Positions 18,265 to 28,018 of a stretch of DNA of 64,000 nt are shown here, one piece after another; position 1 is the first letter of the stretch; every line of letters starts with the position of its first letter. The stretch covers positions 785-64,784 of the forward strand of contig CAYVNP010000015.1 in NCBI GenBank assembly GCA_964452905.1, written 5' to 3'. Source of the DNA: an uncultured Bacteroidales bacterium. GTDB taxonomy: Bacteria > Bacteroidota > Bacteroidia > Bacteroidales > CAYVNP01. Below the pieces are notes generated by a model. That model worked only from the letters and a program-made list of their open reading frames with translations. It was not told the origin of the DNA and searched no databases. A program made the translations under genes and the position numbers.

Positions 18265-19167
18265 TCAGCAAACATCAAGTACTTTGAGCATTTTATCTAC
18301 ATCGTTCACTTTATCTTCTTCAGCAGTTTTCTTATATTGTGAGTTTAGTTCAACCAATAATCTTTTAATTATGGTTTTATTACCACATGGATAAATATAT
18401 GAATTGTTAGCAGGAAGTTTCAGTTGCTTCAGATAAAAATTAATTTCATTTTCGGAAAAAACAATTCCTTTTTTATTGGGATTTAAATAGAAAAGAACAT
18501 TATTTAAATCTTCACTAAACTCTGAAAAATTCTGAACTGGTTGGCGGGTATAGGCAAGAATAAAATGATCTGGCAGATCTACACCATACAATGGAATTTT
18601 TAATTTTGATGCAATGATCAAATATAATATTCCCATTGATAAATGATTTCCTTTTGAGGATTCAAGTAAATTGTTGAGATAGAAATCATGAAGATGGTCA
18701 GAACTGTTTATGTTTGGTTTGAATTTATATACTTCATAAAAAATATGATTGACAACTTTGATCTTTTCCAGAGACGTCAGATTATTGTTCAGTTCCAGCC
18801 AGATGTCGTTAAAAATTTTATCCAGTCGATCCGTAATCTTTTTTTCATCAATTTCAGGATACTGGTATTGAGTAACCAGCAAATATCCTTTCAAAAGATT
18901 CTCTTGTTCATGTAGCGCCCATTGTTCAAGCCCGGCAGTCACATGATTTAAAGATATTTTATGAATAATGTCTTCTAACTTGCACTGTATGATCGGGTCA
19001 AAAGTATGCTCCCAGGTATTTTCAAGAACTGGAATCAATTCTTTACCAAATGAAATAAGTTTATTTTCAACCTGAACAAAGATCTTCTCATCAGGGTCAT
19101 CCAATAATCGAACTAATGCATTAACTTCCCGATTTATCTTATCATCAGCGAACATAACATTAATCAT
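18265..19167 (-). CDS. Transglutaminase-like superfamily protein (SirB1/Transglut_core2-type)
   Basis: ALVRLLDDPD, KGNHLSMGILYLIIA, GVDLPDHFIL, FYLNP; conserved Bacteroidetes family. The start may be ATG at 19155. Confidence 0.8.
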   Translation of the reverse strand: MINVMFADDKINREVNALVRLLDDPDEKIFVQVENKLISFGKELIPVLENTWEHTFDPIIQCKLEDIIHKISLNHVTAGLEQWALHEQENLLKGYLLVTQYQYPEIDEKKITDRLDKIFNDIWLELNNNLTSLEKIKVVNHIFYEVYKFKPNINSSDHLHDFYLNNLLESSKGNHLSMGILYLIIASKLKIPLYGVDLPDHFILAYTRQPVQNFSEFSEDLNNVLFYLNPNKKGIVFSENEINFYLKQLKLPANNSYIYPCGNKTIIKRLLVELNSQYKKTAEEDKVNDVDKMLKVLDVC

Positions 19168-19281
19168 AATATTACAAAAATAATCATAAGAAATTGTGTT
19201 AAATACGTCATAAAATACAAGTTAATAACAATTATCTTGTTGAGAACTTTAGGTGATTTCAAAAAATATTAATTTTGTTTG

Positions 19282-20043
19282 ATGCTTTCAAAAAATAAAA
19301 TAAAACATATCCGTTCGCTCGGGCAAAAAAAATTCCGTGACCTTCACCAACAATTCATCGCTGAAGGAAGTAAGATTGTTCTGGAATTTCTGCACAGTAA
19401 TTTAACCGTTGTTGAAATGTATGCTACCAAAGATTGGTTGAATCAGAACAAAACGGATACAGATACAGTGGCGATAACAGAAGTCACGGATGAAGAATTA
19501 AAAAAGATCACCCAGCTTTCCTCATCACAAAATGTACTCGGTGTTTTTTCAATGCCATCCAATTCTTTAAACAAAGATATATTTTCTTTAAAGTTGAATC
19601 TTGTAATGGACGACATCCGTGACCCGGGTAATTTGGGCACCATTATTCGGATAGCCGATTGGTTCGGGATTGAACAAGTGATTTGTTCATCTGATAGTGT
19701 TGATCTTTTTAATCCGAAAGTAGTTCAGGGGACCATGGGATCACTTGCAAGAGTTAAAGTCGTTTATACAGATCTTTTTGATCTATTTAAAAATCTGCCT
19801 GAAGGTATACCTGTTTACGGCGCTTTGCTTGATGGAGAGAATATTTATCATTCACAGCTCGAATCGACAGGTATTCTCCTGATTGGCAATGAAGCGCACG
19901 GTATTTCGGAAAAATTGCTTCCTTTTATCAATAAAAAAATATCCATCCCTCCTTTTAATCCCAATACACTAAAAGCCGAATCGCTGAATGCTGCAGTAGC
20001 TACAGGAATTATCTGTGCCGAGTTCGGAAGAAGGAATGTTTGA
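19282..20043 (+). CDS. TrmH/SpoU family RNA methyltransferase
   Basis: DDIRDPGNLGTIIR, IGNEAHGIS, ESLNAAVA. Confidence 0.93.
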   Translation: MLSKNKIKHIRSLGQKKFRDLHQQFIAEGSKIVLEFLHSNLTVVEMYATKDWLNQNKTDTDTVAITEVTDEELKKITQLSSSQNVLGVFSMPSNSLNKDIFSLKLNLVMDDIRDPGNLGTIIRIADWFGIEQVICSSDSVDLFNPKVVQGTMGSLARVKVVYTDLFDLFKNLPEGIPVYGALLDGENIYHSQLESTGILLIGNEAHGISEKLLPFINKKISIPPFNPNTLKAESLNAAVATGIICAEFGRRNV

Positions 20044-20260
20044 ACGTTATGAAAATTAATTTTAAATAATACATTACACCACATATTTCTTTTATTATTA
20101 TATGTATATGAGCTTTCTGATTATCAGTAACAATTTAGAAATAATGTTCAGGAAACTTTATCTTTTACATTGATTCTGTTTTCAATGATTATTTTTTTCT
20201 TAACCCCCAAATAACTATTTTTGAAATTATTTTAACCTGTTTACTAAAACTATTAAATAT

Positions 20261-21736
20261 ATGAGAGCAACACATTTTCTTTGCATTGTATTCATTTTGT
20301 TTATTGCAACCACAAAATCTCTGGCATACCCTGTTATTCAGGCAGAAAGTTATAATTCAATGTCGGGGATACAACTTGAAAATTCCGGAACTACCGTTGG
20401 ATATTTTGACGCGGGCGACTGGTTAAAATATGATAATATTGATTTTGGAAATGCCCCTGGAAGTATTATATTCAATGTTGCCAAGAACGGTAGCGGTGGG
20501 AGTATCGAATTACATCTGGATAATCCTAACGGTAGATTGATCGCTACATTTAAACCTGAAAGTACAAATAGTTGGACTGCATTTCAGGATCAGATGTGCA
20601 ACATTGATACGGTTACAGGTATTCATTCGCTTTACCTGATGGCACTTGGCGCTAATGGTGTATGCAACATTGACTTTTTCACACTATCAGATTCACGTAT
20701 TTATGAACCCAATTGGGTTTTAGTCTGGTCGGATGAATTTAATGGCAATGCCGTTGATGAAACAGTATGGAGGAAAGTTTATCATGGAAATCCTGATAAT
20801 GGTGAATTGCAGTTTTACACTCCCCGTCCGGAAAATATTGTTGTGTCTGATGGCACACTCAAATTAATTGCGAGAAAAGAAAAATTTACCGGTCAAGGTC
20901 CATGGATGAGCCAACCGGCAACACGTGATTATACCTCCGGAAAGGTTGAGACACAAGGGAAAAAAACATTTAAATACGGAAAGTTTGAAGCAAGCATGAA
21001 ATTGCCTCGAGGCAAAGGAACCTGGCCGGCATTCTGGTTGTTAGGGGAAAATCTTTTTGATGCCGGTGTCGGATGGCCAAAATGCGGTGAGATTGACATC
21101 ATGGAACATGGACAGGACTTTAACAATCTTGGTGCTGCAATTCATACTGCCACATACAATCATACGATCGGGACACAAAAAACAGGCACCTATCAGATCA
21201 ATAATTATGATACAGGTTTTCACATTTATGGAATGGAGTGGTCTGCAAGTCAATTGAAATTTTCTGTTGACGGAAATGTATATTTTACTGTCACCAAAGC
21301 TGCGTTGGGTTCAACTGTAAATGAGTGGCCCTTCGATCAACCTTTCTGGATTATTCTGAATCATGCTGTGGGTGGTGCCTGGGGCGGAACACCGGACACA
21401 ACACTTTACCCACATACAGTTGAAGTTGACTGGGTAAGAGTATATCAGGATATGCCTACAATGATTAAAACAATTCAACTACAAGAAAGTAATATCATCG
21501 TGTCCCCAAACCCGGCAACAGATATGCTAACTATTGAATCCACTAATCAACCAATATCTGCTGATCACAACAGTCATCTTATTCTTAGGGATATCGTTGG
21601 AAATATTGTGGTCAAAAAAGATTTTTTATCCGTAAAAGAAATTCTAAATCTCAAGACATTACCAAACGGAATGTATTTTCTTTCTGTTGAACAGTGTGGG
21701 CAAATTTTAAAATCTGTCAAGATCATTAAAAATTAA
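20261..21736 (+). CDS. Secreted CBM6-GH16 beta-glucanase/laminarinase-like protein with T9SS CTD
   Basis: Signal peptide; CBM6 IQAESYNSMSGIQLE...GDWLKY; GH16 WSDEF, TWPAFW and catalytic GEIDIME; CTD VSPNP...GMYFL...KIIKN. Confidence 0.92.
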   Translation: MRATHFLCIVFILFIATTKSLAYPVIQAESYNSMSGIQLENSGTTVGYFDAGDWLKYDNIDFGNAPGSIIFNVAKNGSGGSIELHLDNPNGRLIATFKPESTNSWTAFQDQMCNIDTVTGIHSLYLMALGANGVCNIDFFTLSDSRIYEPNWVLVWSDEFNGNAVDETVWRKVYHGNPDNGELQFYTPRPENIVVSDGTLKLIARKEKFTGQGPWMSQPATRDYTSGKVETQGKKTFKYGKFEASMKLPRGKGTWPAFWLLGENLFDAGVGWPKCGEIDIMEHGQDFNNLGAAIHTATYNHTIGTQKTGTYQINNYDTGFHIYGMEWSASQLKFSVDGNVYFTVTKAALGSTVNEWPFDQPFWIILNHAVGGAWGGTPDTTLYPHTVEVDWVRVYQDMPTMIKTIQLQESNIIVSPNPATDMLTIESTNQPISADHNSHLILRDIVGNIVVKKDFLSVKEILNLKTLPNGMYFLSVEQCGQILKSVKIIKN

Positions 21737-21884
21737 AGGGAATCGAAAATAAACGAAATAATGATTCTATTCTTAGCAGGTAGAACTAGTTAGTATAATC
21801 CCAGTTAATCCTATTAGAATTAGAATAAACATTATTATTACGTTTGATTTGATCAAGAATTATTGTATTTTATTAATGCAATAA

Positions 21885-22832
21885 TTAATTCTTGATAATC
21901 TGTTTCACGATATTGATATTATTTCCTGTCAACTTAACAAAATACATACCTGCAGAAAATGAAGAAATATCAATGGATTGTTTAGAAACATTCTGTTGAT
22001 TTATCAATTGATTAAAAATAATATTTCCCTGCATATCATATATTGATAATGTATATTGATTGTTATTCGGAACACGAATATCAACTTGAATGGATTGCGA
22101 AGAAGGACTTGGATACACCTGAATTATTTTATCATCAGCAATATCATTGATTTTACTTGATGCCGCATACAGAGCTGATTGTGGTATGATTTCACGTGTC
22201 AAGTTTGCACTCTCCCATTCCAGTTTAATACCTCTTACAGATAATGAACTATTTGATGTTGTTCCTACAGAATAAAATTCAACGATGATTGGTATTTTAA
22301 TATTTACCTGATTTTGTGAAACTGTAAAGTAACCGGTTAAAGGTAAATAATTTGTGCCTGTTTCAAGATACGGTCTGACCACCCAGGCAGGATCACCCTG
22401 TGCAAAATTTCCAATTATTGCATTGTTATTTATTTTTAAACGCAGTCCATCAGCACCTGATAAATAAAATGTATAAGCTCCAGCGGCACCGAAAATAATA
22501 TCACCTTTCCATTGGATTGATACCGGTGCATTTGGATTAATCCCACTGACTGAAGGAAGAAATGATTCCAAACTTCCTTTTGGTATATTAATAGTTGCAT
22601 CAACCCGCGAAGTAATCAAAGTAGTAAACCAGGTGATGTTTGAAGGTGGGTTCCATGCATAGGCTTCAGTATTTGACGAAGTCCAACTCGTTAAATTAAA
22701 CGGATAACTATCCTGATAATAGATTCCCAATAAACCATTCCCTTGTGCCTTAGCATTAAAAGCAAATAAAGATAAAGAACTAATTGAAATGGCCATAAAT
22801 AAAAGCTTTGTTGTGGTGTATACTTTTTTCAT
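21885..22832 (-). CDS. PA14-domain protein with T9SS CTD (no catalytic domain seen)
   Basis: GNGLLGIYY, RVDATIN, SIQWKG, YTFYLSGADGLRLKIN, LEWES...EIIPQSALY; CTD VYPSP...AGMYFV. Confidence 0.78.
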   Translation of the reverse strand: MKKVYTTTKLLFMAISISSLSLFAFNAKAQGNGLLGIYYQDSYPFNLTSWTSSNTEAYAWNPPSNITWFTTLITSRVDATINIPKGSLESFLPSVSGINPNAPVSIQWKGDIIFGAAGAYTFYLSGADGLRLKINNNAIIGNFAQGDPAWVVRPYLETGTNYLPLTGYFTVSQNQVNIKIPIIVEFYSVGTTSNSSLSVRGIKLEWESANLTREIIPQSALYAASSKINDIADDKIIQVYPSPSSQSIQVDIRVPNNNQYTLSIYDMQGNIIFNQLINQQNVSKQSIDISSFSAGMYFVKLTGNNINIVKQIIKN

Positions 22833-22867
22833 AATTGATTAAATTTATTGTTAACGTATTAATTACG

Positions 22868-22875
22868 CAAACATA
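22868..22875 (-). promoter_or_regulatory. -7 promoter box for the PA14 gene
   Basis: TATGTTTG on the minus strand. Confidence 0.4.
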
Positions 22876-22999
22876 GAAAAAATTTTATTCATTCAGAATT
22901 TTAAATTAAATATTTTATTAAACATAAAATGAACTTCTTTAAAGAAAGAATGATTCATTTTTAGTATCTTTACATAAAGTTTTTTTCATTTATCATTTT

Positions 23000-25900
23000 A
23001 TGAATAATTCCAATCATCCTGATACGGGAAAGGTTTTCGATAAACTATTATTTGAACATAAAGAACGTCTGAAGGAACTGCACGGAATCAACAGAACTGC
23101 CGAAATACTTAAACAAGGTAAACCATTGGATGAATCGCTTCAGGAAATATGCAATGTACTCCCTGAAGCATGGCAGTATCCGGAATATACCGTTGCACGA
23201 ATTACATATGATAACAATATTTTTGTCAGCAAAAATTTCAAAGAAACCATTTGGACACAAAAAGAATATTTTGAAATACCCGGAAATAAAAAAGGTCAAA
23301 TAGAAATTTTTTACCTGAAAGAATTCCCTGAAATGGATGAAGGCCCATTCATGAAGGAAGAACATAATCTGATCTCTAATCTGGCAAACCTGATCACCGG
23401 TTCGCTCACCAAAGAAGCACTTCAACGATTATTATATGATAATACCGAACGGTTAAAAGAATTGCGCGGAATCAATCAGATATCATCCATTGTCAAGTCA
23501 GACAAACCCATTGAACAATCCCTACAGGATATTTGCGAACTATTGCCTGACGCCTGGCAATATCCTGAGTTTACTGCCGCACGAATCACTTATGAAGACC
23601 GTGTTTGTACAAGCTCAAATTTCAAAGAAACAAAATGGAAACAAGCGCAATCTTTTGAAACACCAAATAAAAAACAAGGGAAAATTGAAATCTTTTATTT
23701 AAAAGAATTTCCCGAAATAGATGAAGGTCCGTTCATGAAAGAAGAACGTAACCTAATCAATAATCTGGCTGAAATCATTGCGGGTTCAGCAGCAAAAAAT
23801 TTTCTCAACAGAATCATTTACGACAACACCGAACGGCTCAAAGAATTAAGTGGCATCAATAAAACTTCTCAGATCATTTCAAAAGGAAAATCAATTGAAA
23901 CCACTCTTCAGGAAATAGTCAACATTCTCCCCGATGCATGGCAATATCCTGACTATACGATTGCCCGTATACAATACGAAGGACATAAATACGTCAGTAA
24001 AACACCTTTTATTGAAACACCCTGGCTACAATTTGAAAGCTTTATTACCATAGACAATAAAAAAGGACTGATTGAAATTTATTACGAAAAAGAATATCCT
24101 GAATCGTTTGATGGCCCATTCATGAAGGAAGAACGCAATCTAATACTTAATCTGGCACGCTTGATTGCAGGTTATATCAATGATTTCAAGGGACGTGAAC
24201 TGATCCAGCGTAAATTATTTTTAAATGAACAAGCTCACATAGAAAGAGAATACAGAGAAAAACTGATCAAAAATAAAAAACCGCTTCAACAATTTTTCAA
24301 CCAGCAAACCCTGGATAAATATATTTATCTGGACATGATGAAAAACAGAGTGCGGGAAATTCTTTTTGTTGCTACGCTGTATGATGCATATATTCTTGAA
24401 AATGAAGATGCATTCTTTGAACAGTTCATGGGGGCAATTTATCAGTACAGCTTATTTAGTTTACCCCGAATAACCGGTGTGTCTTCAACGGAGGAAGCCA
24501 TAGAAATGCTTCAAACAACTAAATTTGACCTCATCATCCTGATGGTGGGCGCCGATTATCAGCAGTCTGTTGATCTGGGTATTCAAATCAAAAATAAAGT
24601 CGTCAACATTCCAATTTATTTTCTTCTAAATAAAAAAGCTAATCTGGATTATTTTAAAAATCTACAACAAACCTTGTTGATTTATGATAAACCATTTGTA
24701 TGGAGCGGTGATTCCAAGATCTTCTTTTCCATGGTGAAAATCACCGAAGATAAAGCAAATGTTGAAAATGACACCAAAGTAGGTTTGGTGAGGGTAATTT
24801 TATTGGTGGAAGACTCTCCGTTCTACTATTCAAGATACTTGAATATGTTGTATTCGATTGTATTCGGACAGGTAGAACAATTACTGGGTGAAATAGATAA
24901 AAACGAATTGGATAAACTTTCCAAAATACGTTCCAGACCTAAAATTTTGTTGGCTTCCAATTATGAAGAAGCCATTTATCTTTTTCATAAATATAAAGAT
25001 CATTTACTGTGTGTGATTTCGGACATTGAGTTTGAGAAGAGCGGAAAGATTAGCAAAACCGCAGGAATCACTTTTATCAAATATGTAAAATCTCAAATCC
25101 ATTTTCTCCCGACGTTGCTGCAATCGGTTGATAACAAATATGAAAAAGTGGCAACCAAATTAAATTCAAGTTTTATCAATAAAAATTCCGAAACCATTTT
25201 CAATCAGCTTAAAGGATTTATCAACTATTACATCGGATTTGGTGAATTTGTTTTCAGAAATAAAAAAAATAAAAAGATAGCTTCAGCCAAGAACTTGCGT
25301 GAATTTGAAACATTGATATCAACGGTTCCTATTGATTCGCTTTTATACCATGCGGAAAAAAATCAATTCTCCCAATGGCTGATGGCACGAGGCGAAATCA
25401 ATCTGGCAAAAACATTAAACCCACTTAAAACAACAGACCTTAGCAATCCGGAGGATATTCGTCCTTTCCTGATGAATGCTGTTACCAAATATATTTATGA
25501 TAAAAAAAAGGGGAGAGTTCTTTCTTTTGAAGAGTCTGTTGATTTCTCCGAAAAACACATTATCACACTCGCTTCCGGCTCACTGGGCGGCAAAGGGCGT
25601 GGTTTAGCTTTTATCAATACGCTTATTAACAATCTCGATTTTTCTGAATACACTAAGGAAGTTAACATTCTTACCCCTGTCACAGCCATTATTGGCACTG
25701 ATGAGTACGAATTATTTATCAATAAAAACAAACTCCAATCATTATTATTTAATGAAAAGGATTTTACAAAGATTAAAGAAATATGTCTGAAAGCAAAAAT
25801 TTCAACTGAACTGGTTAAGAAATTAAAACTCTTTATTCAGCAAATCCGCAATCCTATTGCAGTCCGTTCATCGAGTTTATTTGAAGATTCAACCACTCAA

Positions 25901-27247
25901 CCATTGGCAGGCGTATTCGACACGTATATCATTCCGAATAATCAATCCAGTGAAAAAGTACGTTTAAGTATTTTGATCAATGCCATCAAAATGGTGTATG
26001 CTTCTTTATTTGCTCCACAGGCACGTACCTATTTCAGTTCCATCAATCTGAAGATCGAAGAAGAAAAAATGGCTGTAATTCTGCAAGAGCTTGTTGGTAG
26101 CAGGTTCGAATCATACTATTACCCCCATATCAGCGGCATAGCTCAATCATATAATTATTATCCTGTATCGTATATGAAACCTGAAGAAGGATTTGCCGTT
26201 TGTGCAGTCGGACTTGGAACATATGTTGTTGAAGGTGGAAAATCATATCGGTTCTCACCTGTTTATCCTACTATTGAAATCAACTCAACGAAAGACCTGA
26301 TCAAATCATCTCAACTTGATTTTTTTGCTGTTGACATGAATAAACAAACATTTGATTTTGTTCGTGAAAATGAAAAAGCAGCATTGACATTGCTTGAAAT
26401 TTCCGAAGCAGAAAAGCACGGAACACTGAAACACAGCGCCTCTGTTTATAATCCGGATAATGACACCCTGACACCCGGACTTGATACATATGGACCGCGT
26501 GTAATCAATTTTCCCGATCTGTTAAAATATAATTATTTCCCGCTTGCCAAAACCATAGAGATTATTTTAAATACATCTAAAGAAGCCATGGGCGCTCCGG
26601 TTGAAATTGAATTTGCCGTGAATATGGATAAAGAAAAAAACGGACTTCCCTCCTTTTATCTGTTACAAATTAAACCCTTGATCAGCCAACAAATTAATTA
26701 TGAACTGACCATTGACAAACTGGATAAATCAAAGATCATTCTTTACACCGAATCAAGTCTGGGTAATGGTATTATCAATAATATTCATGATGTTATCTTC
26801 ATTGACCATGATGCGTTCAACAGATTAAAAACAGATGACATGGCTAATGAAATTGAATATCTGAACAACAAACTGCTGTCAGCTGAAAAAAAATATATCC
26901 TGATTGGACCGGGACGATGGGGTACACGAGATAAATCCGTAGGTATTCCGGTACAATGGTCGCAAATCAGCAATGCTCAAGTCATTGTTGAAATGAACTT
27001 TTCCGATTATCCTCTGGATGCATCACTCGGCTCACACTTCTTTCATAATATTACGTCTATGAATGTCGGTTATTTCTGCGTGCCTGAATCGTCTGTCATT
27101 GATTTTATCCGTTGGGATCATTTAAATCAACAGAAACTGATTGAAAAAACCAAATACTTTAAACATGTATATTTCCAAAATCCATTGACTGTGTTGATGG
27201 ATGGGAAAAAAAGAACATCCGTCATTTTATCCGAAAATAATTTTTAA
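23000..27247 (+). CDS. Multidomain signalling-like protein: 3x GAF-like repeats, receiver-like domains, PPDK/PEP-synthase N-terminal ATP-grasp domain, His-swivel-like C-terminus
   Basis: Repeats ERLKELxGIN..WQYP[ED]..GPFMKEE; receiver ILLVEDS..VISDI..LLQS..FINK; ATP-grasp GSLGGKGRGL, AVRSSSLFED, LAGVFDT, MAVILQELVG, EIEFAV, YLLQIKP; C-terminal GPGRWG and GSHFFHN. Confidence 0.85.
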   Translation: MNNSNHPDTGKVFDKLLFEHKERLKELHGINRTAEILKQGKPLDESLQEICNVLPEAWQYPEYTVARITYDNNIFVSKNFKETIWTQKEYFEIPGNKKGQIEIFYLKEFPEMDEGPFMKEEHNLISNLANLITGSLTKEALQRLLYDNTERLKELRGINQISSIVKSDKPIEQSLQDICELLPDAWQYPEFTAARITYEDRVCTSSNFKETKWKQAQSFETPNKKQGKIEIFYLKEFPEIDEGPFMKEERNLINNLAEIIAGSAAKNFLNRIIYDNTERLKELSGINKTSQIISKGKSIETTLQEIVNILPDAWQYPDYTIARIQYEGHKYVSKTPFIETPWLQFESFITIDNKKGLIEIYYEKEYPESFDGPFMKEERNLILNLARLIAGYINDFKGRELIQRKLFLNEQAHIEREYREKLIKNKKPLQQFFNQQTLDKYIYLDMMKNRVREILFVATLYDAYILENEDAFFEQFMGAIYQYSLFSLPRITGVSSTEEAIEMLQTTKFDLIILMVGADYQQSVDLGIQIKNKVVNIPIYFLLNKKANLDYFKNLQQTLLIYDKPFVWSGDSKIFFSMVKITEDKANVENDTKVGLVRVILLVEDSPFYYSRYLNMLYSIVFGQVEQLLGEIDKNELDKLSKIRSRPKILLASNYEEAIYLFHKYKDHLLCVISDIEFEKSGKISKTAGITFIKYVKSQIHFLPTLLQSVDNKYEKVATKLNSSFINKNSETIFNQLKGFINYYIGFGEFVFRNKKNKKIASAKNLREFETLISTVPIDSLLYHAEKNQFSQWLMARGEINLAKTLNPLKTTDLSNPEDIRPFLMNAVTKYIYDKKKGRVLSFEESVDFSEKHIITLASGSLGGKGRGLAFINTLINNLDFSEYTKEVNILTPVTAIIGTDEYELFINKNKLQSLLFNEKDFTKIKEICLKAKISTELVKKLKLFIQQIRNPIAVRSSSLFEDSTTQPLAGVFDTYIIPNNQSSEKVRLSILINAIKMVYASLFAPQARTYFSSINLKIEEEKMAVILQELVGSRFESYYYPHISGIAQSYNYYPVSYMKPEEGFAVCAVGLGTYVVEGGKSYRFSPVYPTIEINSTKDLIKSSQLDFFAVDMNKQTFDFVRENEKAALTLLEISEAEKHGTLKHSASVYNPDNDTLTPGLDTYGPRVINFPDLLKYNYFPLAKTIEIILNTSKEAMGAPVEIEFAVNMDKEKNGLPSFYLLQIKPLISQQINYELTIDKLDKSKIILYTESSLGNGIINNIHDVIFIDHDAFNRLKTDDMANEIEYLNNKLLSAEKKYILIGPGRWGTRDKSVGIPVQWSQISNAQVIVEMNFSDYPLDASLGSHFFHNITSMNVGYFCVPESSVIDFIRWDHLNQQKLIEKTKYFKHVYFQNPLTVLMDGKKRTSVILSENNF
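23040..24190 (+). repeat. Three tandem intragenic repeats of about 128 aa (384 nt)
   Basis: The Trp codon of WQYP falls at 23171, 23555 and 23939, exactly 384 nt apart. Confidence 0.92.
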
Positions 27248-27305
27248 TGTTTTTTAAATATATTTTTTTAACATTGTATCCTGAAATTTATCATCGTCCA
27301 TTTGT

Positions 27306-27971
27306 ATGAACAAAATTACTATCGCTTTATTTGATCAGGAAAGCAATATTATGCTCGACAGTATTGAAGCCATGTTGTCTCTAAAAGATGATTTTCAGAT
27401 AGTACATAAGTATTATAATCTTGACAACATGATGAGCACTATCAAAGATGCGGATCCTCATATTTTAATTATCAACATATATACATTCAGCGACAAATTA
27501 GTAGAAACCATCAAACGACTCAATGAACTTTATCCGAAAATAAAAACATTGATTATATCCATGAACTTAACGAATGAAAATGTTTTTAGAATTATTAAGA
27601 CAGGAGCCAAAGGGTATCTTACCAAAAATACTTCAAAGGAAGAACTCACGGAAGCAATTTACACGCTAAGGAATGGTTACGATTATTTCAGCAAACCTAT
27701 CTCTGAAATATTGTTATCAAATTATCTGAATTCAATTAAAGACAATAAACCGGTTAATCAAAAGCATCAGGAAATATTGAGTAAAAGAGAAATTGAAATC
27801 TTACAATTATGGGGCGACAGTCATACCAATAAAGAGATTGCAGACAAACTATTTATCAGCGTTCGCACTGTTGAATCTCATAAGAATCATATCATGCAGA
27901 AACTCAATCTGAAAACAACCGTTGATATGATTAAGTTTGCCATAAAGAATAACATCATCAAACTTGACTGA
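27306..27971 (+). CDS. NarL/FixJ-family response regulator (LuxR HTH) with atypical receiver
   Basis: GAKGYLTKN, LSKREIEIL, NKEIADKLFISVRTVESHK; the phospho-site position reads ILIINI (Asn57). Confidence 0.92.
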   Translation: MNKITIALFDQESNIMLDSIEAMLSLKDDFQIVHKYYNLDNMMSTIKDADPHILIINIYTFSDKLVETIKRLNELYPKIKTLIISMNLTNENVFRIIKTGAKGYLTKNTSKEELTEAIYTLRNGYDYFSKPISEILLSNYLNSIKDNKPVNQKHQEILSKREIEILQLWGDSHTNKEIADKLFISVRTVESHKNHIMQKLNLKTTVDMIKFAIKNNIIKLD

Positions 27972-28018
27972 CTTTTACATATTTAATCAATACAAATGTA
28001 TAAAATCTTCATATATTT

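Noticed and set aside
20049-20140. ATG AAA ATT AAT TTT AAA TAA followed by hydrophobic codons, possibly a decayed signal peptide
   Set aside because: Too short and AT-rich to distinguish from chance.
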